From Octopus sinensis (lineage: Eukaryota), in the NCBI RefSeq assembly GCF_006345805.1, contig NC_043012.1:1116001-1180000 (forward strand): DNA of 64,000 nucleotides, given 5' to 3'. The notes below the pieces were generated by a model, which made no database searches, was not told where the DNA came from, and saw only the letters and a program-made list of their open reading frames with translations. The first letter of the stretch is position 1. Each line of letters starts with the position of its first letter. Shown here piece after piece: positions 28,334-40,602 of this stretch. The position numbers were made by a program, and so were the translations under genes.

Positions 28334-28504
28334 CTGATACAGAAAGAAATTATGAGATACACTGCTCCTGCAGTCACATCCCTTTACCTGTCAACGTTGA
28401 TCCTACATATTTTAAAAAGTCTAGCAGTTGGGCTTATTGGAGTAAATTGCCAAAACCTTTGATTTTACGGCTGAAGGATACTGGCCTTACTTTTAACCAC
28501 TCAC

Positions 28505-28534
28505 CTACCAAAGAGGAAGTTGGTTCCATTTCTT
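28505..28534 (-). CDS. Candidate 30-nt exon (phase 1-1 reading EMEPTSSLV)
   Basis: Acceptor ctagttttcctgtctcacag| and donor GTAG|gtgagt both near consensus; 171-nt intron to the next candidate. Confidence 0.3.
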   Translation of the reverse strand, partial: KKWNQLPLW

Positions 28535-29148
28535 CTGTGAGACAGGAAAACTAGAGCAAGTGCAGTGACTGAGTATAATGACTGTAATAGGATTTGAACT
28601 TGGGAATATGAAATCCCCTCTGTTTCATCTGTCTATGCTATCACCATCACAGAAGATCTTTGGTCATCATTATTGAAGAACCTAGCTAACCACGTTTCTG
28701 TGTAAGCACCATGGGTGGGGGAGAGAGATCAGATATTGATTGTGGGAGTGTTAAACAGGAGGTGGTGGTAGGAAAGGCAAAGAAACTGACAACTTCTATT
28801 GTAATCATGGGTATTCTTGGAATGGTGTAATGTAATTGATAGGATGTCAGATAATGATGATGGTAGTAAATGGTAATCATGTCAGTTATTTTAATGATGG
28901 TGGTGATGAAAATGTTCCTAGCAATGGTGAGAGTAGAGACAGAGATGAGGATGATGATGATGTTGATGGCGATGAAGTTGATGGCAACAGTGAGGTGGGG
29001 TGGAGGCAGAGAAGGTGGCGAATCATAGTGATTCTGATAGTGACTGTGATGGGAGTGGTCGTAGCTGAGGTAGTGATGATGATGATGGTGATAATGGTGA
29101 CGACGATGACGATGATGATGTTGATGATGATGATAATACTCAGATGTA

Positions 29149-29381
29149 AGGCGGCGAGCTGGCAGAAACGTTAGCACGCCGGGCGAAATGCTTAGCAGTA
29201 TTTCGTCTGCTGTTACGTTCTGAGTTCAAATTCCGCTGAGGTCGACTTTGCCTTTTATCCTTTCGAGGGTCGATAAATTAAGTACCAGTTACGCACTGGG
29301 GTCGATGTAATCGGCTTAATACCTATGTCTGTCCTTGTTTGTTCCCTCTGTGTTTAGCCCCTTGTGGGTAGTAAAGAAATA
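29149..29381 (+). mobile_element. Well-preserved SINE family M copy with 17-bp TSD
   Basis: CpG-retaining ggcggcgagctggcagaaacgttagcacgccgggcg...gttctgagttcaaattccgctgaggtcgactttgccttttatcctttcg; flanks gataatactcagatgta (29132-29148) and gataatgctcagatgta (29382-29398). Confidence 0.9.
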
Positions 29382-30089
29382 GATAATGCTCAGATGTAGG
29401 AGAAAATGCAGAGGGAGGTGGTGGAGAATAGTACCAGCGATGAGGCTGACCGCATTCATGAAGATGATAGCAGTGATGATGATAATCATATTGCGTACAA
29501 TCCTGTAAAATAATTTTAGTGTATTTTTTGTAACAACAACATCGATGGTAACGATAATTTCATGCTTCTATTTATTCATTTAATTATTTATCTTTTGAGT
29601 AGATCGATGATCCTTAATGTATTTATGGCTTGTACATCTTTAATACTTCCCTCTGTGATTAACCCAAGAACAGTGAATGTTTGGGGATTACTGAATTATC
29701 CAGTATATAAAGCTTATATAACCAATGTCGTTTAATCGAACATGTAAACAAATTTTTTTATAATCAATTCAACATCAGGCCCCAGTATATTGATGGTACT
29801 TTCATGTATTAGAGATGAAAAATATATTTAAAAAAATACAAAAACAAATCTATTCTTGTCAAAATTTGTACTGAAAACAGTGAAGGATGAGAAAGTTGTA
29901 CTCTTCGAGTACTCTCTTGTCTTGTACTTTGCTGATGCAGACTCTCACCATTTTACTTCGATTGTGGATTCTACAATAATAAATTGTTCATGTTCTTGTT
30001 GTTATTGTTGTTTAATTAGGCACAAGGATCGTTATATTTTAGATACTGGAATACTGTGGTTTTGATGCTTTCATTGTTTGTTTTTTCTA

Positions 30090-30137
<48 letters not shown>

Positions 30138-31544
30138 TGGGGTTCGATATTTTCTCATGGGTATAAGTATAAGTGGAAAAATACTTGATCAAGGACTGAA
30201 ACCACAAATACATTCTGGAATAAGCTGACTTGGGGTGACTTTACCTATTGCTATACGCCACTGCTTGTTCTGCAGTTCTACATGAACAATGCCAAAAAGA
30301 CCAGCAGCAGCAGAAACTCAACTAAATTTATGATGGTGAGGAAGATGAAGACGATGATGATAACAATGAGGATAAGGATGAAGATGACAACAGTGATGAT
30401 GAAAAAGCTGATAATGATGACAATAGTGGTGATGATGATGATGATGATGAGAATGATAATATGGATGATGTTAATGCTGATGTGGAATGACAACGACGAC
30501 GATGATGCTGACAATGATGATGAGGAGGAAGACGTGGTTCCAATGCTATATAGTGTTTTCATTGTAGAAACATATTCTGGAAAACCAGTTGCTCTACCAG
30601 ACTTACCCAGGGTGCAGGCCCCTGGCCAACATTGGACAAAATTCTAAGTGGCATTTCTTCCAGCTTTAGAATCTGATTTCAAATGCTGCCACAGTTGACT
30701 TTGCCTCTCATCTTTTCAAGATCAATAAAATAAGTAGCAACTGAGCAATGGGAGATGGGTGTGATGTAATCACCTCAGCCTCTCCCCTTAAATTACTGGC
30801 CCTGTGCCAAAACCTGGAACCATCATGTATGTGTGTACATGTGCATGTGTATATGTGTGTCTGTACATACATAATCTAAATATTGACCAGTGATATATTT
30901 ATATAGGAATAAATGACCACACCATTATACTGAACACTTAAAAAAATAAGGTACCCTTGCATCAAAATATTCAAAGTACCGCAAAATTTCTTGACCAATT
31001 TCAGTGCTAACACAACCTAATAATGCCTGTATTCGTATTCATCAAGCATCTATAGCAAATCTTATCTTCGGAATCATTCCTTACCCTAAATTTACCATAA
31101 TTTGGGAAAATAGTATGCTAAATTTTAGTGAAAGGAAATTTTTAAATCACAAAAGAAAATGATTTAAAAAATAGCATGGGTTGGAAAGGTCTACAAATTC
31201 CATATTATTTTTAAACTGTTGTTGTTTAGCTCAGTTTGAGCCCTGATTGAGTGCATGCATGATTAAAGGTATTCCAGCATTGCATTTCTCTTTTTGGTGG
31301 TGATGGCTGTGGGGTATGTGTATTCTGTACATACGCATGTATGTTTCACGTTTCTATGTGTGCATAGGTGTGCATGTGTGAGTGTATGTATGCGTGTGGG
31401 GAGTGATTAGTAACTTTAGTAGAAAGCCTCAGATTTGTCAACAGAAGCAAAAAAAATTAATTTTTCATTTTTCTTTTCACTTTTTTCATTTTTTCCCCCT
31501 TTTTTTCCACATTTTTTCATTTCTATTTTTTTTTACTTGTGAAT

Positions 31545-31735
31545 CTGAAAGAGGCAGTGCCCAAGAATCTTGCAGGTACCTCTGGGGACATTGAGCTTGA
31601 TACCCTTAATATTCCCTTTCAAGTATTATGGGTCAACAGCTGCAGGAAAGACATGAGCAGGGATATGATTCCAGTGGGATCATACTGTGGGGAGGAAGGA
31701 TTGAGCATAATAGTTAGCTCAGGTCAGAGTTGTTG
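31545..31735 (-). mobile_element. CR1/L2/Jockey-group LINE RT 3' remnant
   Basis: YYAQSFLPTV*SHWNHIPAHVFPAAVD resembles the SFFPRT...WN.LP terminal motif; contains stops. Confidence 0.6.
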
Positions 31736-32075
31736 GTATATATATACACACACACACACATATATTTTGCTTAGGCATTGCAATGCTAATAGCCTGGTAC
31801 AGAACTCAATATACACACACTTCAGAACAAACCATTTGTCAAGTACAGAATGGTAATGAGAAAGCGAGATGACAAAGGAATAAATGGTTATCTTATGAAC
31901 TTCATTAGTGTACAGCTGTTTAGATAAATTACACTTCATATTCAGGGCTCTCGTGAAGCCGTTAGGTGTTATTCGGGCACTCAACAAAGTCCACAGCATC
32001 TTATAGCAGGAACAGCTGTAAGCTTATGAAGTAAATAAGATATGCATTTATTCCTTTCTCATCTCAATTTCTTAC

Positions 32076-32120
<45 letters not shown>

Positions 32121-32215
32121 GGTGTGTGTGTATGTATGTATGTATGTGTGTATATCATTGTCTTATAGACATTGAAATCTTAGAATAGTAATCATATTTT
32201 GTACAATTCCCTTTC

Positions 32216-32250
<35 letters not shown>

Positions 32251-33475
32251 CATCATCATCATCATCATCATCGTTAACGTCCGTTTTCCGTAGCACGGGT
32301 TGGACGGTTCGACCGGGGTCTGGGAAGCCAAGGGCTGCACCAGGCTCCAGTCTGATCTGGCAGTGTTTCTACAGCTGGATGCCCTTCCTAACGCCAACCT
32401 CTCCGCGAGTGTAGTAATAATAATAATAATAATCTTTGTTTATTTCTTGCTTATGTCAAATTTCATCTGTTTATATTTATTAAGACTGAATTAAACATGT
32501 AAATGCAAGTGTGTCGAAATAGATATGCACATCCATGTATAAGCAAGTGTTTAGCTATGATGATATGCATGTCAATACACATATGTTAGCTTCATTGCTG
32601 GTTCAAAGTCTCAAAGATTGGTACAGGTATGTGCAGCACATTGCATTGCTTATGTGAAAAGTGCTGTAAAAGAACGCTTAATGGAAATGTGCTGGACAAA
32701 AAGGAATTTTGTTTTTTTTTGGCAATTAGTTGTGAAACTGTTTAAGTTATGAATTTGGTCAGTTATGGTATGGTAAGCTGCCTGGGAGTGAAGGCACATG
32801 GCCTAGTGGTTAGAGCGGCAGACTCGCGGTCGAGGGACGGTGGGTTCGAATCTCATACTGGGCGATGTGTGTGCTCATGAGTGAAACACCTAAGCTCAAC
32901 ACGGCTACAGCAGAAGGTAATGGCAAACTTCTGCTGACTCTTTGCCACAACTTTCTCTCACTCTTTCCTCCTGCATCTTGCAGCTCACCTGTGATGGACC
33001 GGTGTCCCATCCAGGTGGGGAGCCTATACGCCAAGGAAACTGGGAAACTGGCCCTAATGAGCCAGGCATGGCTCGAGAAGGAGCAAACAAGCTGCCTGGG
33101 AAAATGAGAAAATGATGTAGTTGTAATATGCAGTGGTCATCAATGTGTCACTCCAGGATGGCCTGGGAGCTGGTGGCTTAATTAGTCTAAAGAAAGATCA
33201 TTTACATACTGATAACGTTTTCCTATTATATAAAACATATATGTTTTCTCATATATGTGAGTATATGTATGTACATGTATATATGTGTGTGTATGTGTGT
33301 GCATATATATGTAGGTGTGTTTGTATACATAGATGTGTGCATGCATATGTGTGTGTGTGTGATACTTTAATGTCCATTTTCTGTGCTGGTATGGGTTGGA
33401 CGGTTTGAGAAGAGCTGGCAAGTCAGAGGACTGCACCAAGCTCCAGTGTCTGCTTCGACATGGTTTCTACTCCTG

Positions 33476-33625
33476 TTGAATGAGGAAGAGATTCCAGAGG
33501 GGACAATGTTCTGGGAAAGAAGGGTTGGACATAGTGGTTTGTGCAGGGAAAAGAGAACGGTTCAAATGCATGAAGAATCACAAGAGATAGAGAGAGGATT
33601 AGAATCAGACAGAGTGCTTGAGTGT
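33476..33625 (-). mobile_element. CR1/Jockey-like LINE 3' remnant
   Basis: NHYVQPFFPRTLSPLESLPHS on the minus strand (frameshifted FFPRT...WNSLP motif). Confidence 0.5.
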
Positions 33626-35443
33626 TGGAGGTAAGAGACTAGCCAACCAAGAAGGACAGAGACCATTATAGTAATATTAGAAAAAAAAACAGAGAAGGAA
33701 CAACATGCCCACGGACCAGAAGCTGGTACACATCATCAGTGTTAGGATGCAAACCAGCTGAATGGCCCTTGTCTGGATGTGAACCAGAATATCTAGATAC
33801 ACAGCAACATCACTGTCTAAGATGTGCGGCAGTTTTTTATTGTGTGTCTCACATGATATTTGGTCACCTTAGAAAACAAAGGACGAACAAGATGCCCATT
33901 AACTGATACACATAGTTCCAAGATGAAGTATAATAATATCCTTAATATATGCAGAGAGTGTCAAACCACCCTTCATAGATGTGTAGCACCAGATTATCCT
34001 TAACAGAGAAGAATATCGTTACCCAGCCTATAACAGATATATATGTCACTGAGCTAATCTTTGCAGATAGAACATAGTACCAAATCACCTTTCTTGAATG
34101 AAAATAACACTAAGTTATCCTAAACAAATGTATAAAGTGCCAAAGCACCCTTAATGGGTGGATGCAGCAACTGTATAATTTCAGTGAACAAAAGCATTTG
34201 CTGATCAGTGCTTATATCTAACAACCAATGAAAAGTAATCTCTATTTGTGTAGTACAAGATCTGACATGGTCAAGAAGGGAACATTACTGCACACCTTAA
34301 TGAGTAATCAACCATGATGATCCAACTTTATTATGTGGATGCAATATCCCCTCAACCATAGAAAATAATGAATAAACTGATAGTGGAGCCTTTAGGTAAT
34401 CGTTCAATATGCTAGAAATAGCAGCCAAATTCCTCTCAAATCTCACGTGATTTCTTTTTGTTTGTTGTTATTCTTTTGTTTTCTGGAAAACTAGGAATAC
34501 ATTTGATAATGCGGTCTGAGATAGATTGTGACTAAATAAGAAAAGAGATGTTCAAGGAAGGAAATTCTTTGAAAACAGGTCTGTTGGATGAAGGCTGACC
34601 CACAGCCAAACAACAATAACACCAGCAGCAGCAGCAGCAGCAGCAGCCGCAAGTATCACATGTGAAATAGGGAGTTATACGGCAGAAGATAGCAACTGAC
34701 CCAAGAAACCTATTAACACTATAGATACGCAATCAAATAATGACTAAGTCTATCAAGGAATGCAAACAGAAGTAGCAAAACAGAATCACAAGGATCACAG
34801 AAGTAAAACATAATACTGAACCTCAGAGCTTAAAAGGAACCTTCTATGTGGTCATCCACTCTACCAGAAATAGCAACCAAATCACCCCCTAATTACATAC
34901 ATGTACGTGTATATGTATGTGTGCATGTATGTATAATAAATGGCTGTGTTTTAATATATAATGTAATCAACTGTTATAGTGTATAATGCACACAACCGCT
35001 GTCACCACTATCACCAACAACTGCAACAACAACAACAATAATAAAATAATTATAATTATGATGATAATAATAACAATACTTTCTACTGGAGGCACAAGGC
35101 CTGAAATGTTGGGTGAGAGAGCTAATTAATTACATCGACCCCCAGTGCACAACAGGTACTTGTTTTATTGATGCTGAAGCAATGGAGAGCAAGGTTGAAT
35201 TCAGCGTTTCTTCGCCACAAGTTCACCACAATAAAACAAAGCAATACAAGATGAATATAATAATGAATAGAAAGAAATGTAAAACAAGATTATCAACATT
35301 CAGACACACAGACACGCACACACACATATTTATTTATAAATATATATATATATATACGTATAAGTAAGTATAAATACATATCTATATACATAGATAAATA
35401 CATATATATGCATATATATATATATATATATATGTATGTATAT

Positions 35444-35489
<46 letters not shown>

Positions 35490-35493
35490 AATG

Positions 35494-35531
<38 letters not shown>

Positions 35532-35866
35532 TATTAATTTTAAATTATTTTGCGAAACAAGATACGAACTTTGCTTGTCCATTTCCGAAACTTTTTTTAC
35601 CGATCACCCACCATTACATGTTATTGGTGGATAGGGGATGAGTCCCCTAGTTTTAAAAATGTACGAGGATGTTAGCAAAGGATTCATTATAAAAGCAAAG
35701 CACATGCCTTTTCTACAATTATGCATAATTTTATATATTTATTATTTCTTGTGTTTGTTTGCTATTGCAATGCAGTAATATACATACACACACACACACA
35801 TATATATATATATGCACATGCACACATATATATGTATATACATATATATATATACACACACACTCA

Positions 35867-35917
<51 letters not shown>

Positions 35918-36157
35918 CATCTATTTGCATTTTTATTAAACTAATTCTTGTTCTAAAATCTTTTTATTCGGTTTTCTAATAAAATATTAAAAAAGCAACA
36001 ATACAACAGCAACAAAAATAATAATGATAATAACAATAATAATAACTGCCCGGTTGGTCACTTTTTTTCTCATAAAAACCATGATATGGATAACGCAAGC
36101 ATGTTGGGTGTTGTACAGAATAAACAATTAATTGTTAAAATAATAAAATTTTGTTTC

Positions 36158-36200
<43 letters not shown>

Positions 36201-36719
36201 GTAATAATAATGATAGTAATTGTAAAATTTGAGAAAATATTTAAAAAAAAAGACAAACAAAAGAAAATAAAAACAAGGAGTATTAAACTGTTATTAAAGA
36301 GTTTGGATAACACCGAACAATGGCTTTTTTTTTAGCATTTCAATAACGTGCCTAAAATAAAAGTTATTGTCAAAATGTTTGGGAAAAAAGTGAAAAGAGA
36401 GGAGGAATTGGAACAAAGTGAGGAGGTAAAGAAGTTATTGTTTTGGTGCAAATAATGGCACTATACCATTCTTGTTTTGTTTCTAATCAAATATATTTAC
36501 CATTTTTGAAGTTTCCACTGTGTCATTCTCCAAGTTTCCTCAATGATATTTTGTAATTTTGTTTAGTCCAATTTATCCAATTTGGTTATAACTAGTTGTG
36601 TCTGGTTGTATTTGGTTAACTTCTGTTTTACTGGTGTTAGTAGTTGCCTCTTGGAAAGAGCCTCCAAGTTGTTGCTTGAAAATACAAACAAGTAAATTTT
36701 TTCTTTCTTTTAGTCTATG

Positions 36720-37330
36720 CTTCATTCAACAACATGCTTAAATACAAGACAGCAAGGGGTGTCTCACAACACTACTTTGTATGAGAAAACACAAAATGTC
36801 TTACAAAACAGTTATACATGAGCAAACAACAGGTGACACTTCACAACACAGCCATACATGAAACAACAAGAGGTGTCTCACAATACTACTATAAACATGT
36901 GAAAGAGGGCTCTCTTACAATGCAGCAATACACAAGTCAATAATAAGTATCATCTAACAACACATCTAAGCCTAACTCTGCAAGAGATGTCTCACAAAAC
37001 ACCTACTCACAAGTTGGCAAAGAGCAACATCTCACAACACAGCTACATATGAGTTAGTGAAATGAGACATCTAACAATACAACTATACATTAGTTGGCAA
37101 GAGATATCATCTCACAACACTGCCACATACAGATCAGTGAGATGAGACACCTCTATTAAATCTCACAACACAGCTATACAAAACTTGTTGAGAAGATAGC
37201 ATCTCACAACACAGATACACACACGTCAGCTATGAAAACATCTATTACATCTCACAACTTGGTTGAACACAAATCAGTGAGATGCATACCAGTCATCTCA
37301 CAACACAGCTATACTGTAATTTCACTTGAA
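36720..37330. repeat. Degenerate minisatellite, unit about 38-42 bp (catctcacaacacagctatacatgagttggcaagaga-like)
   Basis: Recurrent atctcacaacac/ctatac anchors in about 14 units. Confidence 0.75.
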
Positions 37331-38675
37331 CAACAGAAAATATTACCCACTAATTACTCCCTTAAATTACTCCCTCAGATTACTCCCCACCTGTTGTATA
37401 ACATAGTCATATGTTTCTTGCACATTGGGAAATAAAAAAGACAATGATTACAGTTATAATTTTTGATCATAGGATCTGTTCAACCAGGCTTTACCTGGGG
37501 CTAAACAACAATATATTTCTAATGTAATTAGTGCTGCCAAAACCAGGCTTTAACTAACTTACCAATTCCACTCACTATGTTTATTATACACCGAATTGTT
37601 TTATATCTTTATATAAGAAATTGTTAAAGACTTATACACGAAATGTTGGGTTGTTTTTGAGAGATTTTTTCCTTTTTTTTATTGTTAACAACATCCATTC
37701 TACCATTTTGCATGTTTGGCATTTTCTATTTGTTAGAAAAATTACTTTTTTTCTTGTATATGTATCTGACCGGATGTCCTTACTGCCATCTACTGAACCA
37801 TTTTCTAGGAGTAGAACTGAATTTGTCATTGTTTCTCATAATCCAACCAGACTAAAAAAAATAAAATAAAAATAAACAAAATAAGATAAATTTTTAAAAC
37901 ATGTTAACATTTCTCTAAACACTTGAAGATTTCTTCCTTTTTTTTCTAAACTAAAAGAATTAACGGATATTTTGTATTTAAAAAAAATTTTTCATGCTGA
38001 TACAGGCCATCACTAGCTAACTCAGACTCTGGTGTACTTTCTTTTTTATATTCTTTCTTCTCTTCTTTCCTAAATGAATGAAATCTAGGTGTCCAGTTCA
38101 GAAACACACCATACTAATTACATAAGTAAAATCGAAATTCTTGACCTTGTGGACAATAGCACAGTCACTCTGCTTCATTTGCTGACGATTAATTATTAAA
38201 CTTTCAAGAAATTGGCTTGAGATTAAAATAACATTTATTTATTATTAAAATTCTAATCTTTGCTTAAAAATTTAGATAATTAGCATTGCCCATTTAATTG
38301 CTTACAAAGATTGCTTAAGTCTTATAAGATGATTTGATGTGCTACAAATAAGATATGGCCAATTTTTCAAGAATATAGCTCTGAAGAAGCTATAGGATAT
38401 TGTTTAAGTACTCAGCTCTCAGTGTGCAGCTTCTTATAGCAGAAACAGCTGCAAGCTAATGAAGGTGATTACATAATTCCTGTTCTTTTGTCATTTATTA
38501 ATTGATATTATGCTTTGTACTTTCCTGATGCTTTTACTCTAAAGCATAAGTATATTGAATTCTACAATTGTTTATTAGTATCTGTATGCCTTAGCAAAAT
38601 CATGATATATGTATATGTGTATATGTGTGTGTTTATGTATGTGTATATATATGTGTGTGTGTATTATATGTATAT

Positions 38676-38726
<51 letters not shown>

Positions 38727-38731
<5 letters not shown>

Positions 38732-38930
38732 TAACTATGTAAAGTGAATGTGTTGTGTGTATATATGTTTTTGTGTATGTATATATATATTCTTATATAT
38801 ATAATATATATATATATATCTATATATATATATATGTACATAACTATGTAAAGTGAATGTGTTGTGTGTATATATGTTTTTGTGTATGTATATATATATT
38901 CTTATATATATAATATATATATATATATAC
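38727..38930. repeat. Recent tandem duplication, period 109 bp
   Basis: gtacataactatgtaaagtgaatgtgttg... starts at 38727 and 38836. Confidence 0.9.
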
Positions 38931-39979
38931 ACACATACATATATATATTTACATACATACATGTATATATATTATGAAAATTTGTATTATAAATATATGA
39001 CTGTGTATATATATGTGTATGTGTATATGTGTGTGTGTGTGTGTGTATTTGGGCATGAGTATGTATACTTTTTCTTTACTATGTCGATTGATATTCCGAT
39101 AATTTTTACAGCATTTTATATAATAATAATAATAATGATAATAATAATAATAATAATTATTATTATTATTTCTTTATTTGCTGCAAGGGTAAGGGTATGG
39201 TGGATCATTACAAGGACAAATTGCAAAAATGGAGTGGCGGGGTGGTTTAGTTAGAATTAATTTGAAGGAAAACAAATGGACATGGGTGAAACGAAAAATT
39301 ATACAAAGGGCATGACATGAGATTTTCAATACAGGGCAGTCACTAAAGGCCCAAATCAAGGAACACTTCACTCCCCCAGTACAAGGATTAATCTGTCCTC
39401 TCCAAAGGCACATGCCCTTTTCCTTGCTCTGTTCTCAGGCCTGTAGACCAAGGGGGAACACATCTCTAATTAAGCTCATTTATGAAAATTGTTTTCAGCC
39501 CATTCACCTACTTGTTAGTATATACACTGGAGAGTAAAGCCTCCCTCTTCACCTTAATCCTCCACAGTTAGAATAATAATAACAACAACAATGACCATAA
39601 TAATGATGGTGATTACGATGATAGTGATGATTTCTTTTATTGGCCACAAGGGACCAAAACATTAAGGACGATATAAAAGGATGAAATGCAACAGATGTAA
39701 AGGTGGGATTTACACAGATCAAAATGGAGAGAGCAACACATATATTTCATATATGTATTTGGTTCACAAGATTTTTTATGTGAATTCGTGTGTTGAAAAA
39801 TATTTTGTTGTGTCTTGGGAGAGATATGATTAATATTAATAACATACTAATAATAAGGAAGGGGAATCGATCCTATGCATAAGTTATTATTGTTTGTATA
39901 ATGATTCTCCCAGGGCACAACATAATACAGATATAACTGATAGTATGAAAACAGAATTCAGAAAGAAAAGAAAAATAAT

Positions 39980-40221
39980 AACAAGAAAACTAAAAATGAA
40001 CCTGACCGTTCTCACAAATTAAAAAGCACGGAAAAATAATCCAGAATCCTTGTCTGGTACTATATCGAACCCAAAATCTAATCAGTTTGTGCCAGTCACA
40101 GGGTCAAACGTCCCTGAAAGCTTGATCTGAATCTATTCAGCGGTTCTTGAGATATCTTGTCCATGGACAAACAAACATGACTGAAAACAATACCTCCGTT
40201 TTGGCTAAGGTGGAAGTAATA
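39980..40221 (+). mobile_element. Probable Helentron-associated (HINE/DINE-1-like) non-autonomous element
   Basis: Starts aacaagaaaact and ends acaaacaaacatgactgaaaacaatacctccg...aaggtggaagtaat with an imperfect terminal hairpin, an architecture recalled from HINE-like elements. Confidence 0.45.
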
Positions 40222-40374
40222 AAAATGTATTACATGAAGAAGATATTTCACTACCTCCCCTCCCTAAGCTTTCAGTCATACAGTCACACCGCTAATCCTT
40301 CACTCGCCCCAAGATGCTGGGTGTGTCTCGACAAGTGACTGTAACAAGCATGCAAATGAAAAGTAAAAAAAAAA

Positions 40375-40416
<42 letters not shown>

Positions 40417-40540
40417 GACAATAATAATAAGGACAATAATAATAATAATAAAAATAAAAATAATAATAATAATAATAATAATAAATAATAATAATAAAGA
40501 CAATAATAATAAGGACAATAATAATAATAATAAAAATAAA

Positions 40541-40602
<62 letters not shown>

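Noticed and set aside
32793-32862. tRNA-like sequence with A and B boxes
   Set aside because: Continues directly into the CORE-like SINE body and lacks a closed acceptor stem; it is a SINE head, not a tRNA gene
36720-37330. Possible CRISPR-like array
   Set aside because: Units are degenerate along their whole length with no invariant repeat and unique spacer; eukaryotic context
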